Notes under the pieces: model-generated
What the model saw: only the letters and a program-made list of their open reading frames with translations
Databases searched by the model: none
What the model was told of the DNA's origin: nothing
DNA from: Heteronotia binoei
Lineage: Eukaryota
Reading direction: 5' to 3'
Assembly (NCBI RefSeq): GCF_032191835.1
Contig: NC_083223.1
Location: 56,482,001-56,546,000, forward strand
DNA length: 64,000 bases
Translations under genes and position numbers: made by a program
In this document: piece after piece, positions 60,617 to 64,000 of the stretch
Layout: the number at the start of each line of letters is the position of its first letter
Numbering within the stretch: position 1 is the stretch's first letter

Positions 60617-62710
60617 TGTGTGTTAAATGCCATCGTCGCTTCTGGTTTATGGTGACCCTATGAATCAATGATGTCCAAAATGTCCTATTGTTAACAGCTT
60701 TTCTTAGGTCTTGCAAACTGAGAGCCATGACTTCCTTTATTGAATCAATCCATGTTATGTAGGGTCTTCCTCTTTTCCTTTTACCTTCAACTTTCCCGTT
60801 ATTGTTTTCTGTAATGGACTGCACTTTTTAAAAACTTAGAAGTGCTGTACAAACAGATAAAGGAATGCGAAGGCTTAATTCCTCAGGGATCCTTGAGTGA
60901 CAGCCTGTTCCAAGAGGTCTAATTAATTATCATCTGCTGAACAGAGAAAGACTTCTGAACAGGACGCTGAGGAGAATTCAGTCTGATTTCAGCACTAGTT
61001 GAGAAGAGTCAGCCCTGACTGAGAGCGGTTGAATACCATTCAGGCCAAAGAAAGGGTAGACCTTCTAGTGAGAGGAGAATTTCCATACCTAGTCGAACAG
61101 GGAGTTAGCTGTGAAGAGTGAAGAGATCCTTGGTCTGGTGTGATTAGAAACTGCCTTTAGAGACCTTAAGAGTCAGTTAACGATGAGTACTGGTGTTTCA
61201 AAAGAAGGCGTTTGAATATTGGAAAGAGTGTACCAGCCTTCTGGAACCCAAAAATTTTAGAGATTACTCAAAGAAAATGTACTAGAATGTTTAGGAAAAC
61301 ACTGGAACAAAAGCCTCTCTGCATAAAAGATTTAAGTCACTGTGAATGGCTTAAGAAACTCTCATTAGCCTGATACATAAGAACTAAATTCTGTGCATAT
61401 ACTGGTTTTATCTCAGAAATTTCAACCCCTGATTTCTCCTGACCTTTCTCCGTGATTTTAAATAAAATATTCTGTTATTTTTGAATTTCAAAACACATCG
61501 AGTGCCATTTAAGTTAGTTTAAGCTAAAGTGGGCTCCTGATCCTTCCCTCAGGTTCCTGGGTTGAGCCAACACCCAAAATATCATGCTGTCAAAGGGCGG
61601 GACAGCCACAGTTTATCAGCAAAGAAAACACATTTCTAGGGTGGCTCACTCAGTAAAGGGAAAGGAAAATACAGGGGAAATCTTGCTTCTGAGGGAGGGA
61701 AGTGGACGGGGCCATCATATCTTCTATTTTAGTTTGATCACATGAGAAAACAGGAGTTTTGTCTTTTTATTATGTGACCAAAGTACAATAACCCCAGTTT
61801 AGTCATTTTAGCTTCTAGGGAGATGTCAGGCTTGTTTTGATCTAGAACCCATTGATTTGTCTTTTTAGCAGCCCACAGTATCTGCAACACTCTCCTCTAA
61901 CATGACATTTCAAATGAATCACTTTTCTTCCTGTCTGGTTTCTTCATTGTCCAACTTTTACATACATATGTAGAAATGGGGAATACTATAGCATGAATTA
62001 ATTTGATCTTGGTTGCCAGCGACACATCCTAACACTTCAGAATCTCTTCTAGCTCCTTCATGACTGCCCTTTCCAGTCTCAGTCTCCTTCTGATTTCTTG
62101 GTTGTAGTCTCGCTTTAGTTGATGATGTAACTAAGGAAATAGAAAATCTTGAACAATTCTGATTTCTTCATCATCAACCTTAAATTTATGTGATTTCCCA
62201 CTAGTCATTATTTTTATCTTCTTGATGTTCAGCTGAATCCTGCTTTGACAGCTTCCTGCTTTAACCTTAATTAGGAGTCATTTCAAGTCTTCACCGTTTT
62301 CTACCAGTAATATGGTGTCATCTACATATCTCAAATTGTTAATGTTCCTTCTACCAATTTTCACTCCACCCTTATCTAAATCTAATTCAGTTTTCCTTAT
62401 GATGTGTTCTGCATATAGATTGAACAGACAGAGAGATAAAATAAATCCTTGTCTGACACCTTTGCCAATTGGGAAACCATTCTGTTTCTCCATATTCTGT
62501 CCTAACAGTAGCCTCTTGTTCAGAGTACAGATTGTATATCAAAACAATCACCTTTGCCTTGTCTGACACCTTTGCCAATTGGAAACAGTTCTGTTTCTCC
62601 ATACTTTGTCTTAACAGTAGCCTCTTGTCCAGAGTACAGATTGTACATCAAAACAATCAGATGCTGTGTTACTCCTCTTCTTTTAAAACCAACTATAACT
62701 TTTCATGATC
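60617..62710 (-). mobile_element. RTE-clade LINE 3' part, split by a solo LTR
   Basis: Minus peptides GKVEGKRKRGRPYITWIDSIKE and GKGVRQGFILSLCLFNLYAE...NNLRYVDDT. (CA)n tail. Confidence 0.85.
60810..61720 (+). mobile_element. Solo LTR (911 bp)
   Basis: TGTAATGG...CCATCATA ends, AATAAA near 61462, flanks TTTTC / TCTTC. RTE sequence resumes on both sides. Confidence 0.7.
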
Positions 62711-62755
62711 CAAGTTAGAGTCCAGTGGTACCCTTAAAACCAACAAAGTTTTATT

Positions 62756-63094
62756 CAGGACTTTTTTTGTAGAAAAAGCCCAGAAGGAACTCATTGGCAT
62801 ATTAGGCCACACCCCCGGATGTCACCAGGGGTGGAATACTAGCAAGAGCTCCTTTGCATATTAGGCCACACCCCCTTCATGCAGCCAATCCTCCAAGAGC
62901 TTACAAGGCTCTTTTCTGTAAGCTCTTGGAGGATTGGCTACATCAGGGGTGTGTGGTCTAATATGCAAAGGAACTCCTGCTAGAATTCCACCCCTGGATG
63001 TCACCATTGTAAGGAGCTCATTTGCATATTAGGCTACATCCCCTGGTGGCAAGTCAGTCAGAACTGCATTCCTGCTAAAAAAAAAAAGCCCCTG
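62756..63094. mobile_element. CAGGGCTTTTTT-family MITE inserted in a Penelope-derived remnant
   Basis: Perfect TSD GTTTTATT (62748-62755, 63095-63102). Confidence 0.88.
62826..62996. mobile_element. 171-bp palindromic hAT MITE nested in the previous MITE
   Basis: TIRs CAGGGGTGGAAT / ATTCCACCCCTG. Perfect TSD GATGTCAC. Confidence 0.92.
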
Positions 63095-64000
63095 GTTTTA
63101 TTCAAGGTATGAACTTTCATGTGCAAGAACACTTCTTCAGATACACAGAAATGGAAGATAGCCATTCAAACTTATGGACTGAGGCTGAGCAGTAAATTAG
63201 CACATAACATGATGAAGATATTTTAAGATATGCGGAGACAAAACAGGAATAACAGGTTAAGTTTATAGGGTCAACAGTTGTATGTGTTTATTTAAGGGGG
63301 AACAACAATGAAGCAATGTATGTCAAAATAGGAGATAAATGTGTGGGAAAAAATTCTTTCTAGTTGTGGGAAGTTAACTGAGACTCCATTTCCCTGTGTA
63401 ACACTGCACCCCACCCCAAAAAAATAAAAAATGCTGTTTGTCACCTTCATGCTTGAGAGAAGACAAATGGAGTGTCACAATGGAATTTCAGTTGTGACTG
63501 GGTTAACTTCAGAGCTTGTTTTTAGCTGCCAGCTTTTTCAGGCTGGAATCTAAAAGCGCTGGTATTGTTGTCCCAAGCCAACCATGGCTGTCAACTGAGA
63601 TATTTTGAGAAAACGAGGGGGAAGTATAGCCTGTTGTTTCCTGCTATTCACTCTGGTGATTGGCCTTTGCCTACAAGCTGCTGACTGTGTACACACTTCA
63701 CAGTAGGCCAGGTTGTAGATTTTCCTAATTCTCTGAGGCTGTTTCTAAGATTCATGTGCATCTCAGTATGACAAACAGTGATCGGCCAGGTAATTCACTA
63801 GACATGGCATGGGAATCCCTAACAACAGTATCCTTAGAGTTCTTGAAAATAGACTGCATCCTTTTTATCATGGAATTCTATTGAAAGAGAAATGCATCTT
63901 TCAATATACTGGAGTCACTCATCTGAACAAACTCATCTGACAACCTCTTATAATGCTTGGTTTTATAACTTCTGGCTTTCAGGATGCCAGCAGGATGTAT

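Overview
Eukaryotic, not prokaryotic: 64 kb of a squamate reptile genome (the repeat families suggest a gecko; inference), with three short N gaps. It holds four + strand coding exons of the 3' half of DLGAP2/SAPAP2 (<1-187, 33988-34337, 56396-56481, 57106-57521). All have GT-AG splice sites and compatible phases. The introns are dense with transposable elements: L2, a near-full-length CR1, BovB/RTE, a Gypsy remnant with a tRNA-Ser PBS, solo LTRs, tRNA- and 5S-derived SINEs, Penelope-derived short elements with hammerhead-like motifs, and 13 hAT MITE insertions with readable 8-bp TSDs. The standout is a 929-bp non-autonomous hAT (25809-26737; TIRs plus perfect TSD GCCATTCA) carrying a 327-bp, stop-free, CpG-decayed fragment of the KLHL21 BACK-domain coding sequence. 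That fragment is bracketed by its own 10-bp direct repeat, lies antisense to DLGAP2, and the whole element is nested in a second hAT. This is a candidate vertebrate gene-capturing 'Pack-hAT'. Gene identities rest on recalled human protein sequences; no database search was run.
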